From NCBI GenBank assembly GCA_003697105.1, contig RFFQ01000160.1:1-56178 (forward strand): 56,178 nt of DNA, written 5' to 3'. The stretch comes from Gemmatimonadota bacterium (GTDB taxonomy: Bacteria > 4572-55 > J002). The notes under the pieces are model-generated. The model searched no databases. It had not been told where the DNA came from and saw only the letters and a program-made list of their open reading frames with translations. The position numbers and the translations under genes are program-made. Positions 20,555-30,301 of this stretch are shown here, piece after piece; positions within the stretch are counted from its first letter, which is position 1, and every line of letters begins with the position of its first letter.

Positions 20555-20666
20555 TGCTCAACCTTAGCCTTTTTTGTGGTGCATGACTGCCAGCCTTTTG
20601 AAGACCGGCAGCCATACGAATGCGCAAAAAACGTCTTTTTGGTATGTCCGAAGAGGACATTTGTCC

Positions 20667-23054
20667 TTATTTCAGCAAGACCATCTTCTTGCTAGCCGTA
20701 AAATCACCGGTTTGGAGGGTGTAAATGTACGTGCCGGTATCCAATTGATCCGCCTTAAAATGGACGGTGTAAGACCCCGCATCCTGGAACCCATCCACCA
20801 ACGTTGCCACTTCCTGACCGGCAATCGTGTAAACACTGAGGGTGACATAGTCCGCTTGAGCCAGATCGAACCGGATCGTTGTCGTTGGGTTGAAGGGATT
20901 CGGATAATTTTGACCTAGCCGCATCACCGCTGGGGTGGCAACGGCTGTCGTTTCAATCACCATCGTATCATCCGTGTAGAAATAGATATTATCCACATAG
21001 ACGGTGTTTGGGTCACCGGAGATAATCAACTGGGCTAAATGTTCACGAGCTTGCAAACCGGTGAATGCCGAGAGGGGAATATCAAATTGAACCCATTCTC
21101 TGGTCACCAACGCCGGGTCTGAGTTGGCATCGAAGGTGAGTTCATGTTCGGAATCATCACCGCCACCATAGGCGCCATCCGCGCCAAAATCGACCAACTT
21201 GATGCGGAAGACCGCCGGCAAGTCCGTCGGGTCTGGCGTCCAGATGTCCATGTGAAAATAGAGCATGTCAGAAGCATCAATGGGATTGCTGATAAATTCG
21301 ATGCCGGCATACACGAGGTTGGTATAGAGTTTGGTATCGTTCCCTTCAATTTGTACATCCTCGACATCGGCGGCATCCCAATCAGCAGACCACGTATCCA
21401 CGGGCACATCGGGATAGGGGTTACTGAACAAGGAAATCACATTTTCGGCGGCAAGGGTGGGTGTGGGAGCGGGTTCTTCGGGTTCGTCCGGTGGGGGTGG
21501 TAAAACCCCTTCGGGCACGAGGATATTATCCAGATAAATCACGTTATCTTGGTCACGCGGGGCAAAATCTGGGAAAATAACCAGTTTGTTGTAAGTATTG
21601 CCGATGTAAGCAGAAAAATCGTAGGTTAATTCTTCCCACTGGTCTGTGACCGTGTTCGCCACATTAATTTCAACTGGCGGGCTGGCACCTTCAAACTTGA
21701 CCCGAACATCACTGATCACCGGCTTGTGTACCATCAAGGTGATAATGCTGTTATTTTCGTTAAAAGTAAATTCGCCGATGTCGGTGGTTTCAAAACCGGC
21801 CCAATCCATACCGGATTCTCGGGCAATAAATTGGGCAACCATCATCGAAGCATTGGGGTCGGACATATCCGGGTTGGGGATAATTTCCAGCGGGGGATTA
21901 TCCTGATTTTCAAAAACACGCCATTCCCAGTCGGCGCCGAGACCGCCATCTTCAAAATCGATGAGCACACTGCCGGTAAGTTCCATCGCATAAAAATAGA
22001 TGTTATCCACATAGACCGTATTGGGGTCGCCGGAGATAACCAGTTGGGCAAGATGCTCGCGTGTCACCAGACCGGTAAACGCCGAAAGCGGAATATCAAA
22101 CTGAATCCATTCTCCGGTGATTAAGGGCGGGTTGGAATTTGCATCGAAGGTGAGTTCATGCTCGGCGTCATCACCGCCACCGTAGGCACCATCGGCGCCA
22201 AAATCCACCAATTTGATGCGAAATACGGCGGGTAACTCGGTTGGATCGGGTGTCCAGATATCCATGTGAAAATGGGACATCGTCGAAGCGTCAATGGTTT
22301 GGGAGACAAACTCAATGCCGGCATAGTTCAGATGGGTGTAGAGTTTGGTATCGTTGCCTTCAATTTGCACATCCTCCACATCGGCATCATCCCAATCGGC
22401 AGACCACGTATCCACCGGCACATTTTCATAGGCATTGCTAAAAAGCGAAATGACATCTTCTGCCGGTACGGTCGGTGTGGGAGCGGCAACGTCTGGCTCC
22501 GCCGGTGGCGTGATGTTCCCTGCCGGAAGTTGAATGTTATCAAAATAAATCACGTGATCGGCATCGCGCGCGCCAAAGTCAGGAATGATGACGAGCCGGG
22601 AATATTGATTACCAATCGCACCGGAAAAATCGAAGGTTAGCTCCTCCCACTGATTGGTGACCGTGTTTGGCACTTGAATTTCCACAGCCGGACCCACCCC
22701 TTCAAACTTAACGGCAACATTGCTGATAACAGGCTTGTGAACCATAAGGGTGATGGTGCTATTATCGGCAGTAAATTCAAATTCATCTATATCATTGGTA
22801 AAACAGAGCGCCCACGGTTGCCCAGTTTGACGCGCCGTAAATTGGGCGACCGTAGCGGACGTATTGGGGTCGGAAACATCTGGATTGGCAATAAATTCCA
22901 ATGGTGGATTGTCGGCATTTTCACCGACAATCCAAACCCAGTCTGCACCAAGCCCGCCCGGTTCAAAATCTACTTGAACGTATTGCGCCAAGCCCGTCCC
23001 GCCCATGCAGACGAACAATACTATTACCACCAAAGATGTAGTAATGTGTTTCAT
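20667..23054 (-). CDS. Secreted non-catalytic protein with repeated CBM-like modules (B-A-B-A) and a C-terminal T9SS/Por-type sorting domain
   Basis: ATG 23054 after CAGGAGG and a signal peptide. Two copies each of two ~155-170 aa modules; C-terminus LGQNYPNPFNPTTTIRFDL...KKMVLLK. Confidence 0.8.
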   Translation of the reverse strand: MKHITTSLVVIVLFVCMGGTGLAQYVQVDFEPGGLGADWVWIVGENADNPPLEFIANPDVSDPNTSATVAQFTARQTGQPWALCFTNDIDEFEFTADNSTITLMVHKPVISNVAVKFEGVGPAVEIQVPNTVTNQWEELTFDFSGAIGNQYSRLVIIPDFGARDADHVIYFDNIQLPAGNITPPAEPDVAAPTPTVPAEDVISLFSNAYENVPVDTWSADWDDADVEDVQIEGNDTKLYTHLNYAGIEFVSQTIDASTMSHFHMDIWTPDPTELPAVFRIKLVDFGADGAYGGGDDAEHELTFDANSNPPLITGEWIQFDIPLSAFTGLVTREHLAQLVISGDPNTVYVDNIYFYAMELTGSVLIDFEDGGLGADWEWRVFENQDNPPLEIIPNPDMSDPNASMMVAQFIARESGMDWAGFETTDIGEFTFNENNSIITLMVHKPVISDVRVKFEGASPPVEINVANTVTDQWEELTYDFSAYIGNTYNKLVIFPDFAPRDQDNVIYLDNILVPEGVLPPPPDEPEEPAPTPTLAAENVISLFSNPYPDVPVDTWSADWDAADVEDVQIEGNDTKLYTNLVYAGIEFISNPIDASDMLYFHMDIWTPDPTDLPAVFRIKLVDFGADGAYGGGDDSEHELTFDANSDPALVTREWVQFDIPLSAFTGLQAREHLAQLIISGDPNTVYVDNIYFYTDDTMVIETTAVATPAVMRLGQNYPNPFNPTTTIRFDLAQADYVTLSVYTIAGQEVATLVDGFQDAGSYTVHFKADQLDTGTYIYTLQTGDFTASKKMVLLK

Positions 23055-23124
23055 GGTAACCTCCTGACAAGTTATAAGTAAAAAAATTGTGAATGAATTA
23101 GCGTACCGGTAACAGCGGCACAAA

Positions 23125-24582
23125 TTACGTTGGGGTCACCCCTAATTTTCCGCGCCGGCGTTCCAGTTCCATGCGAATCTCATGTGCTTTTTCTTCAGTG
23201 ATGGGAAAGACATACACTGCCCAAATAGCGAGAGCAGAGGTGATAATCGGAATCACCACATCAAAAAAACGGAGTAAAAAGATGGTTTGTTCCGTTTGAT
23301 TGCCATTCAAATTGACATCAAAACCCGTTGCGTTCAGCAGAAACCCCCCTGCCGCCAATGCGAGAGACATCCCCAGTTTAACAACCCACCAAAAGATAGA
23401 ACCAAACATTCCTTCCCGCCGCTCATGGGTTTCCAATTCATCCAAATCCACCACATCCGCCACCATAGAAGGCATCAAGGTAAACAAGCCCCCTAATCCG
23501 AATGCCAGCAATGGCGTAGGCAAAATCACTAACCACGGAACGGCAGGATTGTAACACACCCATTTTAGGGCATACCCCGCAATGGAGAGTCCAGTAGAAA
23601 CAAAAAAGGCAGGGCGTTTCCGGATTTTGGTTGCCATCCACGTGACCAGCACCACCACCACAAACGTCGAAACCGCACCGACAGACCCCGCATATCCCAC
23701 ATATTCCGCACCGCGTGTTTGATCGCCACCAAACACGTAATAGATGATCACATAGGATTGAAAAGAGGAGATCATAATAAATCCGTTGAAAACCAAAAAG
23801 GTGGCAACACACAATAGTAAAAAGGGTTTGGATTTGAGCACCAACGCAAACCCTTTGAAAAAGCTGAGGATGGTCTTCCAGAAGGGCTCCGTTGGCTTAT
23901 CGGCAACAGGGTTTGCCTCTACTCCCGGATTGAAGCGCTCCCGTAGAAAGATTGCCGGTAAAATCCCGATGCCAATGGTGACAATGCCAATAATAATCGC
24001 CAATCCTGCCGCGCCGGCAATTTGATCTTTGAAAAACCCTTCGTAGGTCATGATCCATAAAAACCAGGGTGCAATTACGTAAGCAAGCTGTCCAATAAAA
24101 TTTTGCACGCCCATCAGGCGGGTACGTTCGTGATAATCTGGGGTGAGTTCATAACCGAGGGCAACCCACGGGGTGGCAAAAACGGTGTACGCCAGATAAA
24201 ACAGGATGGAACCAATGAGGAAAAAGACAAAATAGAAGGTTTCGGTTTTACCGCGTGGTAACTGCCACAGCAGGGCAAAAATAATTCCGGCGGCAATCGC
24301 TCCCCCCAAAATATAAGGGCGGCGGCGTCCCCACCGGGTGCGGGTGTGATCCGAAATGTAGCCCATCATCGGATCGGTGAGTGCATCCGTAAACCGGGGC
24401 AACGCGCCCAGCAATCCAACCAGCGCGGGGTTCATTCCCAATCCTAAGTTTAGGACAATCATCATTCCCCCACTCGCCGCCGCCAGTAGATTGTTGACAA
24501 ATGCGCCTAACCCGTAAATAACTTTCTGGATAAATGGTATGCGATCCTCAGGTGCAGTTTCGTAGTGTTGTTGTGAACTCAT
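23125..24582 (-). CDS. MFS sugar:cation symporter, GPH (MelB-like) family
   Basis: ATG 24582 after AAGGA; DALTDPMMGYISDHTRTRWGRRRPY, ELTPDYHERTRL and RREG; about 12 TM segments. Confidence 0.92.
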   Translation of the reverse strand: MSSQQHYETAPEDRIPFIQKVIYGLGAFVNNLLAAASGGMMIVLNLGLGMNPALVGLLGALPRFTDALTDPMMGYISDHTRTRWGRRRPYILGGAIAAGIIFALLWQLPRGKTETFYFVFFLIGSILFYLAYTVFATPWVALGYELTPDYHERTRLMGVQNFIGQLAYVIAPWFLWIMTYEGFFKDQIAGAAGLAIIIGIVTIGIGILPAIFLRERFNPGVEANPVADKPTEPFWKTILSFFKGFALVLKSKPFLLLCVATFLVFNGFIMISSFQSYVIIYYVFGGDQTRGAEYVGYAGSVGAVSTFVVVVLVTWMATKIRKRPAFFVSTGLSIAGYALKWVCYNPAVPWLVILPTPLLAFGLGGLFTLMPSMVADVVDLDELETHERREGMFGSIFWWVVKLGMSLALAAGGFLLNATGFDVNLNGNQTEQTIFLLRFFDVVIPIITSALAIWAVYVFPITEEKAHEIRMELERRRGKLGVTPT

Positions 24583-24619
24583 ATACAATTCCTTGTATTT
24601 TTGATAGAAATCCGACCCT

Positions 24620-25426
24620 TCATTGGGACATTTGATACACCCGAACCCAGTCCACAACCAACGTTTGGGGAAAAACCGTGTTGGCGGTGGGCGCACCTAC
24701 ATAATTACCACCAACTGCCAAATTCAAAATGATATAAAACGGGTGATCATAGACCCATTCGCCGGGGGTATCCTTTGGTGTAACCACTTGATACAGTTGG
24801 TCATCTAAATACCACCGAATCTCATCGGGAGTCCATTCTACCGCAAACAGATGGAAATCCGTATCAAATCGGGCATTGGTTAAGCGGTAAGCGGAAGTGA
24901 CCGCGGCGCCGGCAGAATAGCCGGGACCATGCAGACTGCCATGAACCACCGTTGGTTCCTGCCCGCGATATTCCATGATGTCGATCTCTCCACATTGGGG
25001 CCAGCCTACGGTTTCGATATTTGCGCCGAGCAGCCAAAAAGCGGGCCACAACCCTTGTCCCCACGGCATTTTCATCCGTGCTTCAAAGCGTCCATAAGTG
25101 GTCTCAAATTTATCTCGGGTAACAAGACGGGCAGAGGTGTAATTTCGTCCTTCATAGGATTCTTCCCGTGCCGTAATAACCAAATTGCCATTGCCATCTA
25201 AGGTGGCATTTTCGGGGCGATCCGTGTCATATTCCAGTTGGGCATTGCCCCAATCCGTGCCAATATCATATCCCCAGCGAGTGGGGTCTGGCACTTCACC
25301 AGCCGCACCTTCAAACTCATCTTGCCAAACCAATTGCCACGCGGTGGAATCTCCGGAATCCGTATCACAACCACCGAGGATCAGCACTATCACACCGAAA
25401 CCCAGCCAAAATAGATATGTTTTCAT
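24620..25426 (-). CDS. GH16 endo-beta-1,3-glucanase (laminarinase), lipoprotein
   Basis: Lipobox LGGC; LVWQDEF, GLWPAFW, catalytic EIDIME and LNLAVGG. Confidence 0.93.
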   Translation of the reverse strand: MKTYLFWLGFGVIVLILGGCDTDSGDSTAWQLVWQDEFEGAAGEVPDPTRWGYDIGTDWGNAQLEYDTDRPENATLDGNGNLVITAREESYEGRNYTSARLVTRDKFETTYGRFEARMKMPWGQGLWPAFWLLGANIETVGWPQCGEIDIMEYRGQEPTVVHGSLHGPGYSAGAAVTSAYRLTNARFDTDFHLFAVEWTPDEIRWYLDDQLYQVVTPKDTPGEWVYDHPFYIILNLAVGGNYVGAPTANTVFPQTLVVDWVRVYQMSQ

Positions 25427-26703
25427 GATTTTAATCCGATAATAGAGGGTTCTTGCCGGCTCATTTCCGGCTCTGTTAAAGCTTCTTTCAAGGCGAGGGT
25501 TGCCGCGCCCAAGGCAATCGCTCTTTCACCTAAAGTACTGGCATGAATTTCCGCGGTGGCAATCGAGCTGACTAAGGTCGCGGTTTTCACTTTTTCCCGG
25601 ATGGGTTCTAAAAGCAGGTCTCCCACCCGCACAATACTTCCTCCTAAGATCACCATCGCCGGATTCATCAAATTACACCAGCTAGCGATGGCAATTCCCA
25701 GATAATTCGCAGCATCTTGAATCAATTTTAGGCCCAAGGCATCCCCCGCTAACGCAGCATCTGCAATGGCGGTAATACTGGGCAAGCCGTGATGAAGCAC
25801 ACTATCGGGATAATCGGGTAGGAGTTCCGTAGCACGTTGCTTGAGCGCATCTGTACTCGCAAAGGTGACCAAGCAGCCGTTCATGCCACACACACAGGGT
25901 TTTCCGTCGGGGTCAAGTGGCAAGTGTCCCATTTCCCCCGCGACACCGCGGGCACCCCGGTAAATTTCACCATTAAGGATGTACCCCGCCCCGATTCCAT
26001 AGCCGATTTTGATATACGTCAGGTCAACATAGGTCAGGTCAGTTGCCGTGCGCCCCAAACCCCACCATTTTTCCGCTAACGCCCCCAAATTGGCATCATT
26101 ATCCACCAAGACGGGCACACCAAAATAGTGATGCAACTGTTCCAGTTGGCTACGACCCTCCCACGCCGGAATCACGGTTTCCGGTAGCCATTCTGGGTGT
26201 GCGGGATCAACCGGGCTGGGTACTGCCACACCGATATTCAGCAGTTTTGCCCGGCCATTTGCCACCTCTGCTAAGCAGTCATCACACAACCGGATAACCA
26301 GTGCCCACGTTCCCTGCGGGTCGGTGCGAACCGAAAAGCATTCTTCCCGCCATGCCAACACGTTGCCCCGCAAGTTTATTAGTACCACCGCCACATGCGT
26401 CGCTCCAATATCCACCCCGAGAATCACACGGGCATCATCTTGAAATTCCAACAGAATCGGACGCCGTCCACCGCTGGATTTACCCCGGCCGACCTCTACC
26501 ACAAATCCGGTTTCTAACAGTTCCTTGACAATCTCGGTAACGGTGGATCGGGAAAGATTCATCTGGCGGGCGATCTCCGCTCGGGAGATTTGATGCTCCC
26601 GCCAAATCAAGCGGAGAATACTATCCGGTAGATGCCGGTCTTGCCATAAATCATCATACTGTTCTTCTGGTTTTTGATGCGTCAAAATAACCATATAAGA
26701 CAC
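25423..26703 (-). CDS. ROK-family transcriptional repressor (XylR/NagC-like)
   Basis: N-terminal HTH ISRAEIARQMNLSRSTV, GGRRP, GVDIG, NDAN and the zinc motif GEMGH..CVCG..GC. Confidence 0.92.
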   Translation of the reverse strand: MSYMVILTHQKPEEQYDDLWQDRHLPDSILRLIWREHQISRAEIARQMNLSRSTVTEIVKELLETGFVVEVGRGKSSGGRRPILLEFQDDARVILGVDIGATHVAVVLINLRGNVLAWREECFSVRTDPQGTWALVIRLCDDCLAEVANGRAKLLNIGVAVPSPVDPAHPEWLPETVIPAWEGRSQLEQLHHYFGVPVLVDNDANLGALAEKWWGLGRTATDLTYVDLTYIKIGYGIGAGYILNGEIYRGARGVAGEMGHLPLDPDGKPCVCGMNGCLVTFASTDALKQRATELLPDYPDSVLHHGLPSITAIADAALAGDALGLKLIQDAANYLGIAIASWCNLMNPAMVILGGSIVRVGDLLLEPIREKVKTATLVSSIATAEIHASTLGERAIALGAATLALKEALTEPEMSRQEPSIIGLKS

Positions 26704-26718
26704 CCGCTTACGTAGTAA

Positions 26719-29700
26719 TTAATTGTGAAAAAACACATTATCGACATAAATGGTATTGAGGTAATCCGAGGCAAGAATTAACTGTGCCAGATGCTCGCGT
26801 GTCGTCAAACCGGTAAATTCCGCAAGTGGGATATCGAGACTTAACCATGTTTCGGTCGCTAAACCGGGGGTGGTACTGGCATCCAGAATCAATTCATGCT
26901 CCACATCATCCCCGCCACCATACGCGCCATCTGCCCCAAAATCGACCAGTTTAATACGCAAATTTGCCGGCAGGTCGGTGGCATCTGGTGTCCAGAGGTG
27001 TAAATGGAAATGGGTCATTGCGGTAGCATCAATGGGCTGTGAGGTAAATTCAATACCGGCAAAGACTAGATTGGTGTATTTCTTGGTATCATTACCCTCA
27101 ATTTGGATATCTTCTAGATCAGCGGCATCCCACTCTGCAGACCACGTATCGACGGTCACATTGGGGTAAGCGTTGCTGAAAAGGGAAATCACATTTTCGG
27201 CAGGTACGGTGGGTGTGGGAGCGGCGTCTGCCGGCTCATCCGGAGGAGGTGCAATGGTTCCAGCCGGCACTTGGATATTATCAAAATAAATGATATGATC
27301 CTGATCGCGCGGGGCAAAATCTGGGAAAATCACCAATTTGTTGTAGGTATTGCCAATCGAGGCGGAAAAGTCAAACGTGAGTTCTTCCCACTGGCCGGTG
27401 GTGGTGTTGGTGACTCCCACTTCCACCGGTGGATTAAAACCTTCAAATTTAATGCGCACTTCGCTGATCACCGATTTATAGACCTGAATGGTGATGGTGC
27501 TGTTGGTTTCATCAAACGTAAATTCGCCAATCGAGCGGGTTTCACAACCTGCCCAATCCTGACCGGCATCGCGTGCCGTAAATTGTGCCACACTGGCAGA
27601 TGGATTAAGACCCACCGGCGCCGGATTGGAAACAACCTCAAGGGCAGGATTATCATCATTTTCAAACGTGGTCCAGCTCCAATCCGCACCAAGCCCGGCG
27701 GCTTCAAAATCGACTTGAACGGTACTTCCTGCGGTCTCTGCCCGGTAAAAATAGAGATTATCCACATAAATGGTGTTGAGATCATCCGAAGAGAGAATTA
27801 ACTGTGCCAGATGTTGGCGCGTCGTCAAACCGGTAAATTCCGCCAGTGGAATATCAAGGCTTAACCACGTTCCGGTAGCTAAATGGGGAGAAGTAGTAGC
27901 ATCCAAGATTAATTCATGTTCCACATCATCCCCGCCGCCATACGCTCCATCTGCGCCAAAATCCACCAGTTTAATCCGGAAATTTGCCGGCAGGTCGGTG
28001 GCATCCGGCGTCCACAGGTGCATGTGGTAATGGGTCATCGCGGCGGCATCAATGGGTTGGGAAGTAAATTCAATACCGGCAAAGGTCAAATTGGTGTATT
28101 TTTTAGTGTCATTGCCTTCAATCTGAATATCTTCCAGATCGGCGGCATCCCATTCTGCCGACCACGTATCGACAGGCACATTGGAGTAACTGTTGCTGAA
28201 GAGCGCAATCACATTTTCGGGGGATTCCGCGGGTTCTGGGGCGGGGGTTGCCGGTTCGGTGGCACCCCCTCCACCGGTTTCGGTATAAAAAAGCACATTA
28301 TCGATATAGATGGTGTTCAGGTAATCGGAAGCCAAAATCAGTTGTGCCAAGTGTTCCCGCGTGGTCAATCCGGTAAAATCTGCCAGTGGAATCGCTAAAC
28401 TCAGCCACGTTCCGGTGGCTAAACCGGGAGAAGTGGTCGCATCCAAGATTAATTCATGTTCCACATCATCCCCGCCATCATACGCCCCATCTGCGCCAAA
28501 ATCCACCAGTTTGATGCGAAGGTCTGCCGGGTCTGCCGTGGGGTCGGGAGTCCAGAGGTTCAGGTAAAAATGGGTCATTGCGGTGACATCAAGCGTTTGG
28601 GAGGTAAACTCAATGCCAGCAAAGACCAGATTACGGTATTTTTTGGTCTCATTGCCGTCAATCTGAATATCTTCTAGGTCGGCGGCATCCCATTCTGCCG
28701 ACCACGTATCGATGGGCACATTAGGGTAAGCGTTGCTAAAAAGAGCGATTACATTTTCCGCGGCGAATGCGGGTGTGGGAGCGGCAGTCGCCGGTCCGGT
28801 ATCCCCGCCACCACCGCCGCCATCCCCGGCATAAAAATAGACATTATCCACATAAACGGTTGGTAAATCTCCGGAGAGCACCAGTTGCGCCAGATGCTGC
28901 CTGCCGGTCAGACCGGTAAAATCCGACATCGGAATATCCAAGCTGACCCACGCTTCCGTTGCCAGTGGGGGGCTGGTAAATGAAACTTCGTGGGAAGAAT
29001 CATCCCCCCCACCATAAACGCCATCTGTACCAAAATCCACTAACATGACCTTAAACACGGCTGGGGGTGCGGTGGAATTGGGGGTCCAGATATCCAGATG
29101 AAAATGGGTCATGTCACTGACATTTAGGGGTTGGGAGGCAAATTCAATCCCCACAAAATTGAGATTGGTATATTTCAGGACATCATCCCCAGCGATCTGA
29201 ATTTCTTCCAGCTCCGCTGTAGAATATTGCCAGTAGGTGTTCCACCGGTCTACCGGAACATTGCTGTAGGCATTGCTGAATAAAGAGATCACATCACCGG
29301 CATCGCGGGTGGGTGTAGGAGCGGGGGTTGTGGGTCTGGGGGAGGCGGCAACCACGTGGATCGAGATCGTTTCCGCAAACTGCGTGGTACCTAAGGCGAT
29401 AGTGATTTCGGTTGTACCAAGTGCAACGCCGGTGACACGCCCGTCTGGGCTGATCGTGGCAATATTTTCATCCGCGGAACGGAGTGTAAAATAGGTGGAA
29501 GAGGCATAAACCGTTTGGTCGATACCATCCACATTAAATGTAACACCGGCAACGCCAGCGGGCAGGCTTTCACCCACTTCTACCGTGATTTCAGGCGCAT
29601 CAATGACGACGCGCGGATGGGCAATGGTGCCTAATGTTTCATACCGCACATTATCAATCCAAAGGGTGTATCCGACACCGGCTTCATTTCCATCGGCAAA

Positions 29701-30207
29701 ATAAAAGAGTCCCCGTTCCTGTGTTAGCTTTGCCGCTAACGGAATGGGGACAATGTACTTTTGCCAGCGTGTCGTCAAGGGTAAGTTGCGAACTTCCGCA
29801 ATGTAACGCGACGTACCCGCATTATCATTGCCTAATCCAACATTATTCAGGGTAGCGCTCATGCTGGCACGTGCCCAAAAGGTCAGCGCGTCATACTGGC
29901 TCAAATCGCGTCCGATGCCCGCTACAAATGCCGCCCCCGCATAAGAACCGGTGGGGTCGCCTTCGCTGGGAATCGTGAACTTCATAGAAGCCGTGCCATC
30001 AAACGCATTCATATCATCGATTTCGAGCGCATCCAATTTAGAATCTCCAAATGCCTGATAATCCACCCCGACAAAGGTATCCGTAAAAACAAGCGGTTCC
30101 TTCGGAAATTCAGCGGGTTCTAAATCAGCTTCATCCCGCTCACAGGCGGTGAAGTTGGTTAGCAGGAATAGACTGAGCAACATATACGCTAAATATCTGG
30201 TAATCAT
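26719..30207 (-). CDS. Large surface lipoprotein, probable glycan-binding protein (N-terminal beta-sandwich, Big_2 Ig domain, modules A-A-A-B-A)
   Basis: GGAGG RBS and lipobox FTAC; RDLSQYDALTFWA domain; Big_2-like SADENIATISPDGRVTGVALGTTEIT; Pro/Thr and Gly linkers between the repeated modules; no catalytic motif seen. Confidence 0.8.
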   Translation of the reverse strand: MITRYLAYMLLSLFLLTNFTACERDEADLEPAEFPKEPLVFTDTFVGVDYQAFGDSKLDALEIDDMNAFDGTASMKFTIPSEGDPTGSYAGAAFVAGIGRDLSQYDALTFWARASMSATLNNVGLGNDNAGTSRYIAEVRNLPLTTRWQKYIVPIPLAAKLTQERGLFYFADGNEAGVGYTLWIDNVRYETLGTIAHPRVVIDAPEITVEVGESLPAGVAGVTFNVDGIDQTVYASSTYFTLRSADENIATISPDGRVTGVALGTTEITIALGTTQFAETISIHVVAASPRPTTPAPTPTRDAGDVISLFSNAYSNVPVDRWNTYWQYSTAELEEIQIAGDDVLKYTNLNFVGIEFASQPLNVSDMTHFHLDIWTPNSTAPPAVFKVMLVDFGTDGVYGGGDDSSHEVSFTSPPLATEAWVSLDIPMSDFTGLTGRQHLAQLVLSGDLPTVYVDNVYFYAGDGGGGGGDTGPATAAPTPAFAAENVIALFSNAYPNVPIDTWSAEWDAADLEDIQIDGNETKKYRNLVFAGIEFTSQTLDVTAMTHFYLNLWTPDPTADPADLRIKLVDFGADGAYDGGDDVEHELILDATTSPGLATGTWLSLAIPLADFTGLTTREHLAQLILASDYLNTIYIDNVLFYTETGGGGATEPATPAPEPAESPENVIALFSNSYSNVPVDTWSAEWDAADLEDIQIEGNDTKKYTNLTFAGIEFTSQPIDAAAMTHYHMHLWTPDATDLPANFRIKLVDFGADGAYGGGDDVEHELILDATTSPHLATGTWLSLDIPLAEFTGLTTRQHLAQLILSSDDLNTIYVDNLYFYRAETAGSTVQVDFEAAGLGADWSWTTFENDDNPALEVVSNPAPVGLNPSASVAQFTARDAGQDWAGCETRSIGEFTFDETNSTITIQVYKSVISEVRIKFEGFNPPVEVGVTNTTTGQWEELTFDFSASIGNTYNKLVIFPDFAPRDQDHIIYFDNIQVPAGTIAPPPDEPADAAPTPTVPAENVISLFSNAYPNVTVDTWSAEWDAADLEDIQIEGNDTKKYTNLVFAGIEFTSQPIDATAMTHFHLHLWTPDATDLPANLRIKLVDFGADGAYGGGDDVEHELILDASTTPGLATETWLSLDIPLAEFTGLTTREHLAQLILASDYLNTIYVDNVFFHN

Positions 30208-30274
30208 AATAATTCCTCCATAGAAGGCGATAGGGGGTTATCGTCAAAAGCTGGTAAATCGCGGTGGTGAATGT

Positions 30275-30301
30275 TACTTTGTTCGATTTACGAACAAAGT
30301 A
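30275..30301. promoter_or_regulatory. Palindromic operator, second copy
   Basis: TACTTTGTTCG-attta-CGAACAAAGTA is a perfect 11-5-11 inverted repeat. Confidence 0.85.
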
